Source: Leidyana gryllorum EB-2025a (taxonomy: Eukaryota > Protista > Apicomplexa). From it: DNA of 64,000 nucleotides. This document shows, piece after piece, positions 60,288-64,000 of this stretch; position 1 is the first letter of the stretch, and the number at the start of each line of letters is the position of its first letter. The translations under genes were made by a program, and so were the position numbers. Location: the NCBI GenBank assembly GCA_048772705.1, contig JBLWGC010000121.1, forward strand, positions 62,001 to 126,000, in the 5' to 3' direction. Below the pieces are notes generated by a model. That model searched no databases. It was not told the DNA's origin and worked only from the letters and a program-made list of their open reading frames with translations.

Positions 60288-60900
60288 TCACCATCCGAAC
60301 TCAGACGGAAAACTAGAGGGGAGCTCCCGTAATAAAGAAGGCAGTTTTCGTGGGGGTGAAGGAGCTGGCGCAGGGACCTTCGTGTTCGAGCGATTTTGAA
60401 AGGCTTTTCGTAATTGTACGATAGGGTTTCCAGTACAGTAGATCAATGCGCAGGTCAATGTGAGCCCAATGAATAGAAGCAAACCCAAGGTCAGCAGAAC
60501 TCGTTCCCAATAGGGTAGAGTTGCAGCAATTGATTTGCCAGGCTCCATCGTCGACAGCTGCGTTCCACTCGACGCTTGACCTGAGCACGGATGGAAGCGA
60601 TCGACATCACAGATCTGCACTCACTATCTCGTCTGTGTGCCCACTCGGATCTAGATTGGGCCCAAAGCGCTTCCCATAACTTGTGGCTGATCCGAAACTC
60701 GCTTATGGCGTCCGTTGCAGCGATTTCGGGCTCGTCTGCCTTCACTGCATCCTGGGTAGGGCTCGCTACTTGAGGTCGAAGATATGAATTCTGCACTGGG
60801 AAGCGGACCTTAACCAGAAAAGTATCATCTGGGCCGCCCTTGCAGAGGAGGGGTAAGATCCCTACCAGGGTCCATCTGGGCATATGAGCGCGTGTGGCGT
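60288..60900 (-). CDS. Single-pass membrane protein, multi-exon; 5' end unresolved
   Basis: TM VLLTLGLLLFIGLTLTCALIYC followed by a Pro-rich tail. The upstream exon (ORF 60491-60922) joins through an intron at ~60624-60581. Confidence 0.5.
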
Positions 60901-61650
60901 GTGTGCTCGCGCAGAGACACACCCGGCAACCTTACCAGACCCACTCATACACCCGCTGCCGTGACCAACGGCAGATCATATGCCTCCTTAGTGCAGCGTT
61001 GCCCGACTTCGGTGGAAGTTGTAGGCACGGCCAGTCAGACTGAAACTGCTTGACACGAGGAGCTTCCGTCCCACTTTCCAACTTCGTGGCAGTCCAATTG
61101 ATCGTACGCCTCAACGGAGAGGCGCTAGATCTTCAGTCTGTCGACTCAGCTTCAGTCCTGATTTGGAACCCAGGTTGCGGTTAATGTCAGGCTTGAAGCC
61201 CACAGAAATTGCGATACGCAGAGGTGCGTAGCGACAGGAAGTGGTGCGAGTTTGCAAAAAGCGAGTAGTCGATCGTCCGCTGAGCGTCATTGACACGACT
61301 AACGCCCCTGAGCAAGGATAGTTTTATTAGATAATTTTACCCGAAAGGTGATGTCCCAATTTCGCGTGCGACGAGTAAATGTCCCGCTACTCGGACTGTT
61401 CTGGGTGGACCTCCCGAATGGCCGTCTCGGCAGTTCGACTGATCGATGAGAGAAATGGTTGAGAGCGGGCCAAGTCTACCTTTCTGAGCTAGCGATTCGA
61501 TGATTCCGTACCGAAGGGTGTGGGAATTCATGAGGAGTACGGTGAAAGCTGATTGACATTTAGCAACGTTCTATTTGACGATGTTGGCTGTTATGGATGA
61601 GTTAGGTGATTGGTGCACGACTGTTTTTTTGGGCTTTTGGTCGCACTGAA

Positions 61651-63083
61651 ATGAGCTCAGCAGGACTGGCTGCAGCCACAAGCCGTCCCGAGTGGACTTA
61701 TGAGCGATTTCTGGACCGTTACGAGGAGTTACAACGGAAGATTGAAGCTCATGAGAGTGGCGCGGTGGCACTATCGAAAGGCCAGGAGAGTCGCGCTCGA
61801 GCTGAACTGATAAAATTGGAGGCAGTGAAGGCTGACTGCGAGGCGGCTGGACTGTTGCCGAGTGACATCCCGGCTTCCGCACTTGGGGGCTCGGGTGGAC
61901 AGAAGAGCGAGCCGAAGGCGAAGGGTAAAGGAAAGGGCACTGAAACGACCGAGTCGGAAGCGAAGGTGACGGAGAAGGATCTCGCGGATACTGAAGCTGC
62001 AGCTGGAGAGGAGACCGAGGGGAAGAGTAAGCCAAAAAAGAAGAAGAGAAAGATTGAGGAGCACAAGCGGGATGCGGATCGTTCGATCAAGCGACGATTG
62101 AATGAAGACGTGCAGTTCATAAAGAAAGAGTGTCTCAATTGTCGGACGTTCGGCCACGTTTTGGCTAATTGCCCAGAGTTACATCAGAAGGGGCAGTCGT
62201 TGCATAGGGCTGCGGCCACATGTTGGCGGTGTGGATCGACCGATCACAGTTTGACAAACTGTCCAACACCAGCGGACGCCGAGGTAAGGCCCGGAGTGGT
62301 TTGTGTGTCTTAGGTACCGGTTATTGTGCAGAATTCGTTACCGTTTGCGGTGTGTTTCGTTTGCAATGAGAAGGGTCACCTGGCGGCAAAGTGTTCGATG
62401 AATCCGAATGGTAAGTGTTGGTGTGGTGCTGAGGAGACTTAAGTGATACGGCCCACTTAGGTATCTATCCCAAGGGTGGATCGTGTTTCCGGTGCGGGTC
62501 AATCTATCATTTGGCGGTTGATTGTACGATGAGGAATGAGAAGATTGCTGAAAAGCGCCAGAATCGTCAGGATAAAAGACATCGGGAATCAGCGGATAAG
62601 AAAAAGGACAATCCTTCTTCGGGTAACACTCAAGCGCCCCGGCCGAAGCCTCAGGGGAGCAAAGACACTACTGAGGGAGGTGCTGCTGGTGAGAACAAAG
62701 AATGGAAGCGTCCCCGCGGTACTCGCGGCGGGAAGCGCGTCCAGGAGCAGAGAGCCATGGCTGCAACTGGGGCCAACTCCGTGGGAGTTGGAGTCGCCAA
62801 GTTCAACGCTGCATCCGAACACCGTCAAGCTCGTCGTGATAACAAGAGTGACCGCTTCAACAAGGGTGATCGCTCAAGCGGACCCTTCAAGAGCAGACAC
62901 GGAGACGGCGATGGTAAACAGTTCTCTGGTCGTCGACGCTTTGGCGGGGGCGACGGCAAAGAGTCTTCTGGGCGTCGGAAATTTGGCGCCGGAGACAGGA
63001 AAGGAGGACCTCCGACGAATGGTCGTCGGGGCGGAGACAGCCGAAAGCCTTCCGGGAACAAACGGTTCTTTGGTCAATCATAA
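61651..63083 (+). CDS. CCHC zinc-knuckle protein (ZCCHC9-like) with RG-rich tail
   Basis: Four CX2CX4HX4C knuckles (CLNCRTFGHVLANC, CWRCGSTDHSLTNC, CFVCNEKGHLAAKC, CFRCGSIYHLAVDC) with the NPNGIYPKGG linker. Introns 62284-62331 and 62411-62460. Confidence 0.85.
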
Positions 63084-64000
63084 ACAGAGCTTCCCATTGA
63101 AGAAGAACGCAAGGAACTGCGGTTTGATCGAGAGACGATAGAGGAAGAGACATCGCAGCAGAAACAGGAACGACACAAAGGCCCCTGGGGCAAAGACGAA
63201 CCAGAAGAGCCGAACAAAGTCGCGCGGGAACACCAGAATGAACTCTTCTCTCATCGAATTGGTCAAACCGGACAACGAGGAGACCCCAAACGGTATCAGG
63301 AAGAATCTCAATATCATTCTGCAAACACAAAAGCGGAAGATATATACACACACACTTTGGCGCAGCACACTTACCCATAGTCAATGATCGTCTCGTTCTC
63401 ATTCCAGTACAGCGGCAGAGAGAGGTCGGGGTGCAACAGTCTCCCGGGCCCGTGAGAAGATATCATGACGGGCTCTGTCGGCGGAGGCGATGAAGAACGC
63501 TGTTCAGTCTGAATGTCGAAGCTTTGACCCGGCTCGGTAGAGGCTACCGGCGCACAGAAGACTGACTCAATGGTGACGTTACTGTTCTCATCCAGTACGG
63601 TGGGTTGTGGTGGCAGCGGGGCGGCCATTGGAGGGGATAATTGCGGCTGAAGATACTGTGACTGGGAAGTGTCTTGACGAGGACTGGGAGTGAACTCCAT
63701 CGATTGGGTTTGACGCAATACGTCGCGAACAGAGTCTATGAATCGATCCCAGGCGCTTTGGTACGTCGACTTTTGTCTGCGAGCGGCGCGTCGCTCGAGC
63801 TGTTTCTTGCGTGTGCGGCTTAGGGGCCGTCGGAGTGCCCGATAGGCATTGGCATTGAGCCCGATACCCACCAGAGCTCCTGCTATGGCTGCACTGTACC
63901 ACACATTCATTGATGCTTGACTTCCAACCATTATGCAAATCTCGACCCAATATGTGGCGTAGGCCCACAGAATCAAACTCGGCAATTCTGTAATGACCAG
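63078..64000 (-). CDS. Multi-TM hypothetical protein, 5' part beyond the window
   Basis: ORF 63371-63985 with hydrophobic segments is spliced (GTAAG..TTGCAG) to a hydrophobic terminal exon ending in TGA at 63078-63080. Confidence 0.55.

Noticed and set aside
60870-60940. In-frame TGA created at a splice junction (selenocysteine?)
   Set aside because: It depends on an uncertain acceptor choice. An alternative AG avoids it, and I saw no SECIS element or redox motif.
61651-63083. Retroviral Gag nucleocapsid partner for the RT-like gene
   Set aside because: Four knuckles with an NPNGIYPKGG linker and introns match the cellular ZCCHC9-like family. It lies 25 kb away and has no capsid region.
1-64000. 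CRISPR arrays, tRNA/rRNA genes, prokaryotic operons or defence systems
   Set aside because: No regularly spaced repeats, cloverleaf or rRNA signatures were seen. The repeats are microsatellites ((GT)n, (GACT)n ~11318, (CGGT)n ~24998 and ~32387) or coding tandem repeats, and the genes are spliceosomal eukaryotic genes.

Overview
A gene-dense eukaryotic window with many short GT-AG introns (mostly about 40-60 nt). The gene content points to an apicomplexan, most likely a gregarine (inference): a GAC-like armadillo/PH protein, a giant TRAP-C2/TSP2-like adhesin and an apicomplexan-type aldolase. I reconstructed about 27 protein genes by joining ORFs across introns by eye. They include an M16 metallopeptidase and a catalytically dead paralogue, RPA2, TRM6, a GAC-like protein, a UBA-metacaspase, a BCH+RhoGAP protein, eEF2, aldolase, RPB6, NLE1, an AT-hook/chromodomain protein, a TSP1/LNR/ShK/Sushi adhesin of about 3,700 aa, PAC3, ELF1, NSA2, RPB5, RPC25, a tandem pseudo-RNase III protein and a CCHC zinc-knuckle protein. 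The top finding is an intact, intronless Ty3/gypsy protease+RT gene (34847-36223). All its catalytic aspartates are replaced, it has no LTR, gag, RNase H or integrase, and it is wedged between RPB6 and NLE1, so it is a candidate domesticated 'pseudo-RT'. Other highlights are a Dicer-like tandem RNase III pseudo-enzyme, a truncated GAC paralogue carrying an inserted RRxS phospho-array, and extreme gene packing (14 nt between divergent ATGs, 13 nt stop-to-start, abutting or overlapping stops). All family calls come from motif recognition from memory, not database searches, and exon boundaries need RNA-seq confirmation.
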